This document shows positions 1 through 10,707 of a DNA stretch of 64,000 bases, piece by piece. This stretch comes from Acidobacteriota bacterium. GTDB taxonomy: Bacteria > Acidobacteriota > Terriglobia > Terriglobales > SCQP01. Where the stretch lies: NCBI GenBank assembly GCA_004299485.1, contig SCQP01000007.1, positions 142,623 through 206,622 on the forward strand, in the 5' to 3' direction. The notes under the pieces were generated by a model, which was not told where the DNA came from, did no database searches, and was given only the letters and a program-made list of their open reading frames with translations. A program made the position numbers and the translations under genes. Position 1 is the first letter of the stretch, and each line of letters opens with the position of its first letter.

Positions 1-1950
1 CAGCATGTCGTGCGTCTGCTGCGCCGAATAGCCCAGACGGAGCAGCGCCTTGTCCACGCTCTGGTTGACGATCTTAATCCGGCCGCCACCCACCAGTTTT
101 TTTTCTTTGACCAGCGCCAGGTCGGGCTCGATGCCGGTCGTATCGCAATCCATCATGAAACCGATGGTGCCTGTAGGCGCCAGCACGGTGACCTGAGCGT
201 TGCGGTAACCGTGACGGGAGCCCTGCTCCAGCGCCTCATCCCAGCACTGCCGCGCCGCGGCCAGAACCGGCTCGGGGGCATTGCGTGGGTTGAGGTTGTT
301 GACCGCGGCGCGATGCATGCGGATGACATCCAGCATCGGCTCGCGGTTGGCGGCAAAGCCGGCAAATGCACCGCTGCGGTCGGGCGTGGCCAGGGCCTCG
401 GCGATACGCGCCGACTGGTAATAGGCCTGGCCGCACAGGATGGCGGTGAGAGCGCCGGCGAAGTCCCGGCCGGCATCGCTGTCGTACGGCAATCCATTCG
501 ACATCAACAGGGCGCCGAGGTTGGCGTAGCCCAGGCCGAGAGGCCGGTAGTCGTGTGAGTTCTGGGTGATGCGCTTCGTCGGATAGCTGGCGTTGTCGAC
601 GATGATCTCCTGCGCGGTGATCAGGATGTCGATCGCCTGGCGATAGCCGGCGACATCGAACCCGCCGGGACCATTGAACTTGTTCAGATTGATCGAGGCC
701 AGGTTGCAGGCCGAATCGTCCAGGAACATGTACTCCGAACAGGGATTGCTGGCGTTGATGCGCGCCGTGTTCTTGGAGGTGTGCCAGCGATTCGTGGTGG
801 TGTCGTACTGCATGCCCGGATCGCCGCACTGCCAGGCTGCTTCCGCGATTTGCCGCAGCAGACCTTTGGCATCGACGGTTTTAATGGCCTCGCCCTTGCG
901 CTCGCCGGCAACGCGGCGGAGCTGGAAAGGCTCGTCGGCCTCGGCGGCCCGCATGAATTCATCGGTGACACGAACGCTATTGTTGGCGTTCTGGAAAAAG
1001 ATCGAGGAATACGCTTCCCCATCGAGCGCGGCGTCGTAGCCCGCCTGCACCAGCGTCCACGCCTTGCGCTCCTCCTTGGCCTTGCACCAGATGAACTCTT
1101 CGACGTCAGGGTGGTCGACGTTCAGCACCACCATCTTCGCGGCTCGCCGCGTCTTGCCGCCGGACTTGATCACGCCGGCGAAAGCGTCAAACCCGCGCAT
1201 GAAGCTGAGCGGACCGCTGGCCGTGCCGCCGCCAGAAAGTTGCTCGGTCGAGCTGCGGATGGGCGAAAGGTTGGTGCCGGTTCCCGAACCCCACTTGAAT
1301 AGCATGCCTTCCGTTTTCGCCAGCGTCAGGATGCTGTCCAGCGAGTCGTTGACGGAGTTGATGAAGCAGGCCGAGCACTGGGGCTTACGATACCCGATGA
1401 CGCCAAACTCGGGCCGGCTCTGGTTTTCATCCCAGAACCAATTGGCCGCCGACGATTCCGGCTCGATGCGATCGACGCCGCAGTTGAACCAGACCGGAGA
1501 GTTGAAGGCCGCTCGCTGCGTGACCAGCAGATGCACCAGCTCGTCGTGGAAGATGGCGGCGTCTTCAGGCGTGTGGAAGTAGCCGCCTTGTACGCCCCAG
1601 TCGCGCATGGTTTCCGCCACGCGCGCCACCAGGGCGCGGACGCTGTTTTCCCGCTCCGGCGCATGCAGTTTGCCGTGCAGATATTTCGAGGCCACGATGT
1701 TGGTGGCCGTCTGCGACCAGTCGCGCGGCACCTCGATATCCTTCTGCTCGAAGATGGTCTCGCCCTTTTCGTTCTGAATCAGCGCCGAACGCTTTTCCCA
1801 CTGCACCTGCTCGTACGGCGACTGCTGCGCCGAGGTAAAGTGCCGGCGCAGGCTGAGGCCTGTTCCCCGGCGGACAATTGGAGTTTTGAGCGTTTCCAGC
1901 TTGGTGTTTACAGCAGAACGGGTGACCGGCTCCGGCACAGATTCAGACAT
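1..1950 (-). CDS. nrdJ: Class II (adenosylcobalamin-dependent) ribonucleotide reductase, N-terminal ~650 codons; the 3' end runs off the window
   Basis: Not in the supplied ORF track (edge-truncated). My minus-strand translation from ATG at 1950-1948 reads MSESVPEPVTRSAVNTKLETLK...EVPRDWSQTATNIVASKYLHG...NPCSEYMFLDDSACNLASINL...VLAPTGTIGFMMDCDTTGIEPD with no stop down to base 1. GGGAGA Shine-Dalgarno 6 nt upstream. Confidence 0.9.
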   Translation of the reverse strand, partial: MSESVPEPVTRSAVNTKLETLKTPIVRRGTGLSLRRHFTSAQQSPYEQVQWEKRSALIQNEKGETIFEQKDIEVPRDWSQTATNIVASKYLHGKLHAPERENSVRALVARVAETMRDWGVQGGYFHTPEDAAIFHDELVHLLVTQRAAFNSPVWFNCGVDRIEPESSAANWFWDENQSRPEFGVIGYRKPQCSACFINSVNDSLDSILTLAKTEGMLFKWGSGTGTNLSPIRSSTEQLSGGGTASGPLSFMRGFDAFAGVIKSGGKTRRAAKMVVLNVDHPDVEEFIWCKAKEERKAWTLVQAGYDAALDGEAYSSIFFQNANNSVRVTDEFMRAAEADEPFQLRRVAGERKGEAIKTVDAKGLLRQIAEAAWQCGDPGMQYDTTTNRWHTSKNTARINASNPCSEYMFLDDSACNLASINLNKFNGPGGFDVAGYRQAIDILITAQEIIVDNASYPTKRITQNSHDYRPLGLGYANLGALLMSNGLPYDSDAGRDFAGALTAILCGQAYYQSARIAEALATPDRSGAFAGFAANREPMLDVIRMHRAAVNNLNPRNAPEPVLAAARQCWDEALEQGSRHGYRNAQVTVLAPTGTIGFMMDCDTTGIEPDLALVKEKKLVGGGRIKIVNQSVDKALLRLGYSAQQTHDML

Positions 1951-2127
1951 TCGACATCTCCCTATTAACCATACATCTTGTGGGCGAATGATTGTAGCGC
2001 ACAAGCTGATGGGCATCATCGGAGAAAATCCTGTGCCGCGTCAAGGGGAAAAGCTTAGAGCGAAAGCCACAGAATGTGGCGAAAATGGCACACAAGCAAA
2101 TAGCGCGCCAGTGCACTAATCTCCCCT

Positions 2128-3111
2128 TCAGGAGCGGCGAATCGGCTGGGCCGCGGGTGCGAGCGAATCCGCTGGGAGTGGCTCGGAAGATTCTGCCCCC
2201 GCAGCCGTGGCTTCGAAGCAAATTTCGAGCTGCGTGCCGCGTTCCGGCAGCGGCGCCGCCACCTCCGCGCAAAACAAAAGGATCAGCGCCGAGACATACG
2301 CCCACAGCAGCAGCGTCACGGAGATGGCGAAGGGGCCGTACAGGTCCTGAAAATTGAGCAACGGCAGCAGCAGGATGTAGATGTATTTCGACGCTTCCCA
2401 GAGCAGTCCCGCGATGATCGCCGCCGGCAGCACCCGGCGCACCGGCACGCGCCGGTTGGGCAGCCACCAGTAGACTAAAAAGAAAATGGCGATGGTGAAG
2501 GGCACGGCGCTCACGCGCACCGCCGCAATCGAGAACACGTCCAGCGAAACCGGGTGTTTTTGCAGCAGCGTGGCGTGGCTGAGGAAGCGGTAGAGGCGGG
2601 CGGAATAGGTTTCCGTCAGCGAAGTCAGCGAGGCCGAAAGCATGCCCAGCAGGCCGCAGGAAAACGCCAGCACAATCGACACCGCCCAGTTACTCAGGTA
2701 ATTGCGGTTGCGCAGCACGCCCCAGATGCGGTTGAGCGCCACTTCCAGCGGCATGAACACCCCGGTGCAGGTCACCAGCAGGATGAGCAGCGAAGCCACC
2801 TGCACCGCGCGCTGGTGTTCGACGATCAACTGCAGGTTGCGGATGATGAAGCTCTGCGTGGGTAAATCCACCGTTTCGGCCACCGGCAGATAGGCGCGCA
2901 GCAGCTCGATCAGGCTGTGATACAGCCGCTCATTCTGCAGGAAATCGCGCGTGAGCGTGAGCAGTAGAACAATAAAGGGGAAAAACGACAGCAGCGCATA
3001 CGCCGCCACCGCGCTGGCGTAGGTGTGGGTCTCGGTGGCCACCAGGTAGGCCGCCGTCTGGCGCAGGCGTGGATGCCGGCGCGACGCGGCAGGAGGCAAC
3101 AGGGTCTGCAC
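2128..3111 (-). CDS. YihY/BrkB family inner-membrane protein
   Basis: 327-aa ORF with GTG start. Multi-TM profile and family-typical stretches (YASAVAAYALLSFFPFIVLL, FMPLEVALNRIWG, LLWAYVSALILLFCAE). Confidence 0.8.
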   Translation of the reverse strand: MQTLLPPAASRRHPRLRQTAAYLVATETHTYASAVAAYALLSFFPFIVLLLTLTRDFLQNERLYHSLIELLRAYLPVAETVDLPTQSFIIRNLQLIVEHQRAVQVASLLILLVTCTGVFMPLEVALNRIWGVLRNRNYLSNWAVSIVLAFSCGLLGMLSASLTSLTETYSARLYRFLSHATLLQKHPVSLDVFSIAAVRVSAVPFTIAIFFLVYWWLPNRRVPVRRVLPAAIIAGLLWEASKYIYILLLPLLNFQDLYGPFAISVTLLLWAYVSALILLFCAEVAAPLPERGTQLEICFEATAAGAESSEPLPADSLAPAAQPIRRS

Positions 3112-3128
3112 AGGTTCATTTTACTAAT

Positions 3129-3228
3129 CGCGGGCATCCAGCGTGGCTTCGCCACGCGGCCCGCTCTCCAAGGCCGCAAAACCGCTGCGCCGGGGACCCC
3201 TACGCCCCGGCTCCGCTTCGGCCCGGCG
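3129..3228 (+). repeat. Dispersed structured repeat, subfamily III, copy G
   Basis: ~85% identical by hand alignment to the reverse complement of 25747-25848. Contains hairpins GCGTGGC-ttc-GCCACGC and GCCGGGG-N9-CCCCGGC. Lies in the divergent yihY/DUF47-pit intergenic region. Confidence 0.8.
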
Positions 3229-3254
3229 ACTTCACCCGCTATACTGAGTCAACC

Positions 3255-3866
3255 ATGCGATTCCTGCCGCGGGAAGCAAAGTTCTTCACTATGTTCGAGC
3301 AGATGGGCGCCATGCTCATCGAGGGCGCGGATTTGCTCAACAAGGCGCTCGCCGACATTGCCGAAGCACCTCTGCGGGCAGGGGAAATCAAGGCCCTCGA
3401 ACACAAGGCCGATACCCTGACTCACCAGATCATCACCAAACTCAATCAGACCTTCATCACTCCCTTCGATCGCGAAGACATCCACACCCTGAGCTCGCGG
3501 CTGGACGATGTCCTCGACCTGATCGATGCCACCACCATGCGCATCGTGATTTACAAGATCGCGGTCTTGCCGCCCGGCGCGCAGGAGCTCGGGAAGGTGC
3601 TCGCCGCCCAGGTGCGGGAAATCGCCGCGGCGCTGGCGCTGTTGCAGCGGCCCGATGGCATCCTGAAGCACTGCATCGAGATCAACCGCCTGGAGGACGA
3701 GGCCGACCGCATTTCCCGCGCCGGCATCGGCATGCTGTTCGAGAAAGCCTCGAACCCCATCTCGCTGATCAAGCAAAAAGAACTCTACGAAGTCCTGGAG
3801 CTGGCCACGGATAAATGCGAAGACGTCGCCAACGTGATCGAAACCATCGTGCTCAAGGCCGCCTAG
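3255..3866 (+). CDS. DUF47 / PhoU-like accessory protein of PiT phosphate transporters
   Basis: Internal ATG at 3255 of ORF 3069..3866. MRFLPREAKFFTMFEQM...HKADTLTHQIITKLNQTFITPFDREDIH...EDEADRI is typical of DUF47. Sits directly upstream of pit. The longer ORF start would run through repeat copy G. Confidence 0.85.
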   Translation: MRFLPREAKFFTMFEQMGAMLIEGADLLNKALADIAEAPLRAGEIKALEHKADTLTHQIITKLNQTFITPFDREDIHTLSSRLDDVLDLIDATTMRIVIYKIAVLPPGAQELGKVLAAQVREIAAALALLQRPDGILKHCIEINRLEDEADRISRAGIGMLFEKASNPISLIKQKELYEVLELATDKCEDVANVIETIVLKAA

Positions 3867-3882
3867 CGGTGCGAGCCGCCGC

Positions 3883-4878
3883 ATGAGCACCCTGCACGTC
3901 ATTATCATCATTGTCATCGCGGCGTTCTGCTTTGATTTTCTGAACGGCTTTCACGACGCCGCCAATTCCATCGCCACCGTCGTTTCCACGCGCGTGCTCA
4001 CGCCCGGCGTGGCCGTGGCCTGGTCGGCCGTCTTCAACTTCATCGCGGCGGTTTTTCTGGGCACGGGCGTAGCCGCCATGGTCGGTCACGGCATGGTGAA
4101 GTTATCGCTGGTGAACGAGCGCGTGGTGGTGGCCGGCCTTATTGGCGCCATCGTCTGGGATCTGCTGACCTGGTGGCTGGCGCTGCCCACCAGCAGCACC
4201 CATGCCCTGTTGGGCGGCTACGCCGGCGCCGCGATCGCCGCCGCGGGTTGGGGCGCGATCATCGCCCGCGGCTGGATCCTGACGCTGGCCTTCATCGTCA
4301 TCAGCCCCGCGACGGGGCTGGTCTTGGCATGGTTTTTCATGATCCTGGCCTCATGGGCCTTCCGGCGCTCACACCCGATGCGCGTGGACCGGCTGTTCCG
4401 CAAGCTGCAACTGGTGTCGGCGGCGCTGCTCAGCCTCGCCCACGGCACCAACGACGCCCAAAAAACCATGGGCATTGTTACCACCGCGCTGGTGACGGCG
4501 CATTTCATTCCCACCTTCAAGGTGCCCTTGTGGGTCATCCTGATGGCGGCAACGGCGATGGGCTTGGGAACGGCCTCCGGCGGCTGGCGCATTGTGCACA
4601 CCATGGGCTCGCGCATCACCAAGCTCAAGCCCGTGGGCGGTTCCTGCGCCGAGTTCGCCAGCGCGATCGCGCTGTTTGGCAGCACCGCTCTCGGCATTCC
4701 GGTCTCCACGACGCATACCGTCACGGGCGCCATCGTGGGCGTCGGCTCGGTCGAACGCTTGTCGGCCGTGCGCTGGGGCGTTGCCCGCAACATCGTCTGG
4801 GCCTGGATCCTGACCATCCCCGCCGCCGCCGTCGTGGCCGCCGGGTTCTGGTGGGCGCTGGGCCCGGTCCTGCACTAG
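3883..4878 (+). CDS. pit: Inorganic phosphate transporter, PiT family
   Basis: 331 aa with N-terminal FDFLNGFHDAANSIATVVSTR and second GTNDAQKTMGI signature. Polytopic membrane protein. Confidence 0.9.
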   Translation: MSTLHVIIIIVIAAFCFDFLNGFHDAANSIATVVSTRVLTPGVAVAWSAVFNFIAAVFLGTGVAAMVGHGMVKLSLVNERVVVAGLIGAIVWDLLTWWLALPTSSTHALLGGYAGAAIAAAGWGAIIARGWILTLAFIVISPATGLVLAWFFMILASWAFRRSHPMRVDRLFRKLQLVSAALLSLAHGTNDAQKTMGIVTTALVTAHFIPTFKVPLWVILMAATAMGLGTASGGWRIVHTMGSRITKLKPVGGSCAEFASAIALFGSTALGIPVSTTHTVTGAIVGVGSVERLSAVRWGVARNIVWAWILTIPAAAVVAAGFWWALGPVLH

Positions 4879-4904
4879 GAAGAAAGTATTACAATTAGGA
4901 AGAA

Positions 4905-5168
4905 ATGCCCGCCCTCAACATCAAAGACGCGGAGGTGCGCGCCCTCGCTCAGCAATTGGCCGAGGTCACCCATCAGACCATGACCGAGGCCGTCAAGACC
5001 GCCCTGCGCGAAAAGCTGGAGAGCGAACGCGCTCGTGACGAAAAGCACCGCCAGCGCATTCTGCGCCGGGTGCATGAACTGCAGCGCGAAATTGCCGCCT
5101 TGCCCGTCCTCGATACGCGCAGCGAAGACGAAATCCTCGGCTACGACGAAAACGGGCTGTTCAAGTGA
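4905..5168 (+). CDS. vapB: Type II antitoxin, VapB/FitA-like (Rv0623-like)
   Basis: 87 aa, MPALNIKDAEVRALAQQLAEVTHQTMTEAVKTALREKL. Its stop overlaps the GTG start of the downstream PIN gene (GTGA). Confidence 0.8.
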   Translation: MPALNIKDAEVRALAQQLAEVTHQTMTEAVKTALREKLESERARDEKHRQRILRRVHELQREIAALPVLDTRSEDEILGYDENGLFK

Positions 5169-5557
5169 TCATTGACGCCTCGGCGCTCGTCGCGATCGTG
5201 TTGAGCGAACCGGAGGCGGACCGGTTCACGACCGCCGTGTCGGCGGCGACGGTACGTCTGATGGCGGCGGTCAATTGGCTGGAAACGCTGGTGGTGGTCG
5301 ACTCACGGAAGAGCGCCAGCGGCGTGACCAAAGCCCAAGGCCTGCGCGCCGAACTGGGGATCCAGATTCTCCCGGCCGATGAGGGCCAAATCCGCGCCGC
5401 ACACGAAGCCTGGCGACGTTACGGCAAAGGCCGGCACCGGGCGCGATTGAACCTGGGCGATTGCTGTGCCTATGCAGCCTCGGTGACGTTGAACGAGCCG
5501 CTACTGTTCAAGGGGAACGATTTCTCTCTGACCGACGTCGAAGTGGCCGATTGGTAA
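5165..5557 (+). CDS. vapC: PIN-domain ribonuclease toxin VapC
   Basis: 130 aa, MIIDASALVAIV... with a C-terminal LNLGDCCAYA motif. 4-nt overlap with vapB. Confidence 0.85.
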   Translation: MIIDASALVAIVLSEPEADRFTTAVSAATVRLMAAVNWLETLVVVDSRKSASGVTKAQGLRAELGIQILPADEGQIRAAHEAWRRYGKGRHRARLNLGDCCAYAASVTLNEPLLFKGNDFSLTDVEVADW

Positions 5558-5560
5558 ACC

Positions 5561-6592
5561 TTAGGCGCCGACGTAGCGCGCATAGAGGGAGCGGGCGAGG
5601 CCGGGTTCGGTGGTGCCTTTGATGAGCGCACGGCCATCGGGGAAAATCATTAGCTCGAGACCTGGGGGTGTGGTGGGCACGAAGCGCAGGGCGAAATCAT
5701 TGCTGCGCACCATGCCGTGCGGGCGCAGGCGCGCCGCCAACTGTGGCAGCTCCAGCGGATGCTGATGCTCGTGAATCTGCACCGCGTTGCGGCCGCAGAG
5801 CGTGAGCGCGGCGTGGCGCTCGCCCCGCAGATGGACGAAGTCGCGGCGGGCGCAGGTGCGGCACTGCGGATCGCGGGCCGGCGCAGCAAGCTGGCGGAAA
5901 TCGTTCGTCCACAGATCAGCCGTCGCTAGCGTGCGCCGCAGCGCGGCTCGGTTGCCGGTCAGGAGTTTGACGGCTTCCGAAACCTGTAGCGCCGCCACCC
6001 AGGTCACGGTCCAGGCCAGCACACCCGCAGTGTCGCAGGTCTCCGTGAGCGGCGCGTCGCCCTCCTGGCTGGAGAACAGGCACTCGAGGCAGGCGGTTTC
6101 GCCCGGCACGATGGTGAAGCTCATGCCGCGCGCAGCCACCGCGGCGCCATAGATCCAGGAAATGCCGCGCGCTAGGGAAAAATCGTTCAGCAGATAGCGG
6201 GTTTCGAGATTGTCCGTGCCATCGAGCAGCAGTTCGCGGCCGGCGAGCAGGCGCTCGATGTTGCCGGGTTCGAGATCGGTAACCGCGGCTTCGAGATGGG
6301 TGCCGCGGTTGATGCGCTCCAGGCGGGCTTTAGCAGCCACGGCTTTGGGCAGCCCGGCGGCGGCATCCTGCTCGTCAAAAAGCGTTTGCCGCTGGAGATT
6401 GCTGGGCTCGACATAGTCACGATCGATCAGCAGCAAGTCCCCCACTCCCGCGCGGACGAGCAAGTCGGCTTGCGCCGTGCCCAAAGCGCCGCAACCCACA
6501 ATCGCCACGCGCGCCGCTGCGAGTTTCTGCTGGCCGCCCGGGCCCAACGGAGCAAACAGGATCTGGCGCGAATATCGCTCGAAATCGGCCAT
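5561..6592 (-). CDS. ThiF/MoeB/HesA-family adenylyltransferase (E1-like) with a C-terminal extension
   Basis: 343 aa. YSRQILF...VAIVGCGALGTAQADLLVRAGVGDLLLIDRDYVEPSNLQRQ Rossmann/ATP motif, CLEC...CDTAGV and CRTC zinc-type cysteines. Confidence 0.85.
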   Translation of the reverse strand: MADFERYSRQILFAPLGPGGQQKLAAARVAIVGCGALGTAQADLLVRAGVGDLLLIDRDYVEPSNLQRQTLFDEQDAAAGLPKAVAAKARLERINRGTHLEAAVTDLEPGNIERLLAGRELLLDGTDNLETRYLLNDFSLARGISWIYGAAVAARGMSFTIVPGETACLECLFSSQEGDAPLTETCDTAGVLAWTVTWVAALQVSEAVKLLTGNRAALRRTLATADLWTNDFRQLAAPARDPQCRTCARRDFVHLRGERHAALTLCGRNAVQIHEHQHPLELPQLAARLRPHGMVRSNDFALRFVPTTPPGLELMIFPDGRALIKGTTEPGLARSLYARYVGA

Positions 6593-6645
6593 CTGCGTTC
6601 ATTGTAAGGGCACCGCTATACTGATGAGAGTTAACCGCTTGCGCC

Positions 6646-7386
6646 ATGTCGTACCGCTCCACGCCACCGCCCTCCTACTCCTTCAGCGTCCCCGGCTTCA
6701 CCCGCGCCGTGAAGGCCCTGGTCATCGTCACCACCGCGGTCTGGATTCTGCAGTTCGTCAGCGGCTGGCTCAACGTTCATCTCATCACGTGGTTTGCGCT
6801 CGTGCCCGGCTGGGTCATGGCCGGAGAAATTTGGCGCCTGGCCAGTTACCTGTTCCTGCACGCCAGCTTCTGGCACTTGTTCTGGAACATGTTCGCGCTC
6901 TGGATGTTCGGCGTGTGGGTGGAAGAAGAGCTGGGCGCGCGCAAGCTTTACCAGCTCTATTTCATCAGCGGCATTGGTGGCGCCATCGTGGATGTGCTGT
7001 GGCACACCTGGTTCAGCACCAGCCAAAGCTACACGATCGGAGCCTCGGCCTCGGTTTTCGGGATTTTGCTCGCCGTCGGCCTGCTGTTTCCCGACCGCGA
7101 AGTCTTCCTGCTGCTGCCGCCGGTGGCGATCAAGGCGAAGTGGCTGGTGCTCGGCTACGGCGTACTGGAGTTCCTCTTTACGCTGCACGGCGCCGGCGCC
7201 GATGGCATCGCCCACTTTGCGCATCTCGGCGGCATGCTGTTCGCCTTCCTCTACCTGCGCATGAGCGGCACCAACCTCGGCCTGACGCAAGGCTACAGCC
7301 GCTGGCGCCGCCGCCAAATGCAGCGCAAGTTCGACGTCTACATGAACCAGCGCGACCGCCGTCCCCCCGGCGGCTGGCGCAACTAG
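6646..7386 (+). CDS. Rhomboid-family intramembrane serine protease
   Basis: 246 aa. HASFWHLFWNMFALWMFG, catalytic GASASVFG and AHLGGMLFAFLYL motifs, 6 TM. Confidence 0.85.
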   Translation: MSYRSTPPPSYSFSVPGFTRAVKALVIVTTAVWILQFVSGWLNVHLITWFALVPGWVMAGEIWRLASYLFLHASFWHLFWNMFALWMFGVWVEEELGARKLYQLYFISGIGGAIVDVLWHTWFSTSQSYTIGASASVFGILLAVGLLFPDREVFLLLPPVAIKAKWLVLGYGVLEFLFTLHGAGADGIAHFAHLGGMLFAFLYLRMSGTNLGLTQGYSRWRRRQMQRKFDVYMNQRDRRPPGGWRN

Positions 7387-7450
7387 GCTAGCGCAAGCTG
7401 CGGTGGTGCTGAGCCGTAGCGTTTGCTACAGTTGAAGCCTTGGGCACCAC

Positions 7451-8623
7451 ATGCTGAAATTCCGCGATGTTGATTTTTTGCGTATCGCTGATGCGCTGAG
7501 CGAGAACGAGCGCCTGGTGCGCGACAGCGCCCGCCGCTGGGTGGAAGAGCGCATCATCCCCATCATCGAAGAGTGCGCCCGCGAAGGCCGGTTTCCACGC
7601 GAGTTGATTCCCGAAATGGCCGCCATGGGCTTTTTTGGCGCCACCATGAACGACTACGGCGGGGTGGGCATGAGCCAGGTCGAGTACGGCCTGCTCATGC
7701 AAGAGCTGGAGCGCGGCGACAGCGGCCTGCGCAGCTTCGTCAGCGTCCACAGCTCGCTCGCCATGTGGCCGATCCATGAGTTTGGCAGCGACGAGCAAAA
7801 AAGCACTTGGCTGCCGGCGATGCAGAAGGGCGAGAAGATTGGCTGCTTCGGCCTGACCGAGCCGGACTTTGGTTCCAATCCTGGCGGCATGCGCACGGTG
7901 GCGCGCAAGGTGGGCAACGAGTACATTCTCAACGGCGAGAAAATGTGGATCACTTCGGGATCCATCGCCGATGTCGCGGTCATCTGGGCCAAAGAAGAAG
8001 GCAAAAAGATTCGCGGCTTTCTGGTCGAAACCGGCCGGCCCGGCTTCCGCGCGGAAGACATTCACGGCAAGTTCTCGCTGCGCGCCTCGGTCACCTCGAG
8101 CTTGTCCCTGCAAGACGTCCATATTCCCGCCGGCAATTTGCTGCCGGGCACGGCCGGTCTCAAGAGCGCGCTGCAGTGCCTCGATCAGGCGCGCTACGGC
8201 ATTGGCTGGGGCACGGTGGGTGCGGCCATGCAATGCTACGACACCGCGCTGCAGTATGCCGGCTTTCGCAAGCAGTTTGCCGATGAGCCCATCGCGGCGC
8301 GGCAGATCGTACAGGAAAAGCTGGTGGGCATGATCAGCGGCATCACCCATGGCCAACTGCTGGCGCTGCACGTGGGCCGGCTTAAAGACAAGGGTCTGGC
8401 GACGCCGGCGCATATTTCCATGCTCAAGCGCAACAACGCCGCCATGGCGCTGGAGGTGGCGCGCACCGCGCGGGACATCCTGGGCGCGAACGGCATTGCC
8501 GATGAGTACCCCATCTTCCGCCATATGGCCAACCTGGAATCGGTTAAAACTTATGAAGGCACCCATGATATTCACACCCTGATCGTGGGCGCCAGCATCA
8601 CCGGTATTGAAGCGTTCAAGTAG
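7451..8623 (+). CDS. gcdH: Acyl-CoA dehydrogenase, glutaryl-CoA dehydrogenase-like
   Basis: 390 aa. IGCFGLTEPDFGSNPGGMRT...YILNGEKMWITSGSIADVAVIWAK...YEGTHDIHTLIVG resembles GCDH. Confidence 0.8.
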   Translation: MLKFRDVDFLRIADALSENERLVRDSARRWVEERIIPIIEECAREGRFPRELIPEMAAMGFFGATMNDYGGVGMSQVEYGLLMQELERGDSGLRSFVSVHSSLAMWPIHEFGSDEQKSTWLPAMQKGEKIGCFGLTEPDFGSNPGGMRTVARKVGNEYILNGEKMWITSGSIADVAVIWAKEEGKKIRGFLVETGRPGFRAEDIHGKFSLRASVTSSLSLQDVHIPAGNLLPGTAGLKSALQCLDQARYGIGWGTVGAAMQCYDTALQYAGFRKQFADEPIAARQIVQEKLVGMISGITHGQLLALHVGRLKDKGLATPAHISMLKRNNAAMALEVARTARDILGANGIADEYPIFRHMANLESVKTYEGTHDIHTLIVGASITGIEAFK

Positions 8624-8647
8624 CTGCTGCACAAGGAACAAGACACT

Positions 8648-9648
<1,001 letters not shown>

Positions 9649-9652
<4 letters not shown>

Positions 9653-10698
9653 ACCAGCGCCGCCGAGAAGAAGTTCTCGACGCGACCCATGATTTCTTCC
9701 GCCGAGCGGGCCTCGTAGATAGCGCGGCGCAGGGTCGAGCCGTCTTCGACACCGTGGGTGAACCAGGCGGCAAACTGCTTCATCTTGCCGGCAGCGCCGG
9801 GCATCGGCTCGCGCAGCAGGCGCGAGAAGTAGTCGGTGATGAGCGCCGCGCGGTCGGCGGTCGTGGGCTGGCGATAGGTGCCCGTGCGCCGGTAGGACTC
9901 CATCTGCCGGAAGATCCAGGGGTTGGAGGCGGCGGTGCGGCCGATCATGACGCCGTCGCAACTGGTGTAGGCGACCATGGCCGCCGCATCTTCGGGCGTG
10001 CGGATATCGCCGTTGCCCAGCACCGGAATCGCAACCGCCTGCTTGACCTCGGCAATCCATTGCCATTGCGCCTGACCGGAATAGCCCTGCTCGCGCGTGC
10101 GGGCATGCAACGCCAGCCCGTTCACGCCGCTGGCCTCGGCCAGCCGGGCCAGCTCGACGTGCACAAGCTGATCGGTGTCCCAGCCGGCGCGGAATTTCAC
10201 CGTAAACGGCAGCGTGACCGCCGCACGGATGCTGGCAAACAGACGCCCCAGCAGCGGCAGATCGCGCAGCAGTCCGCTGCCCCCATTGCACTTCACCACT
10301 TTTTTCGCCGGGCAACCGAGGTTGAGATCGATGCTGTCGAAACCCATCTGCTCGACCACGCGCGCGGCTTCGGCCATCACGTCCGGATCGCTGCCAAAAA
10401 GCTGGGCGGCAATCGGGCGTTCGCTTTCCGCAAAGCTGAGATAGCGGCGGGCGACTTTTTCCGACCGGATCAGACCATCACCGGAGGTGAACTCGGTCAT
10501 GATCAGGCCGCAGCCACCGAGGTCGCGGATAAAGCTGCGAAACACCGTATCCGTAATGCCCGACATCGGAGCCAGGGCGTTGGCCGGCGCGATGCAGAGA
10601 TGGCGGGCGCCGTGCGCTACGGTGTAGCTGGCCGGAAGCTGCGCGGGCTCGGCCACGATGTCCGGCCGCGGCGCCGGGCTGTCCCAGAACTTCTGCAC
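9649..10698 (-). CDS. tRNA-dihydrouridine synthase
   Basis: 349 aa. [21 protein letters not shown]...[24 protein letters not shown]...VKFRAGWD. Convergent 4-nt overlap with glpX. Confidence 0.88.
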
Positions 10699-10707
10699 CT
10701 CTCGATT

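Noticed and set aside
2084-2100. TGGCAC hexamers as additional sigma-54 promoters (here, and the reverse complement of the repeat ends GTGGCACAGCC at 45490-45500 and 47127-47137)
   Set aside because: The GG-N10-GC spacing is not satisfied in any of them. Only the site at 23051-23065 has correct spacing and a suitable genomic context.
1951-2127. Cobalamin riboswitch in front of the B12-dependent RNR
   Set aside because: No B12-box-like sequence or the multi-stem architecture is visible in the 177-nt leader. Such riboswitches normally control B12-independent isozymes, not nrdJ.
5561-6592. ThiF-like E1 as part of a bacterial ubiquitin-like conjugation or defence operon
   Set aside because: No E2-like, JAB/DUB or beta-grasp (ThiS/MoaD/Ubl) gene is adjacent. 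The neighbours are a convergent VapC and a divergent rhomboid protease. The architecture matches ordinary long ThiF/MoeB proteins.
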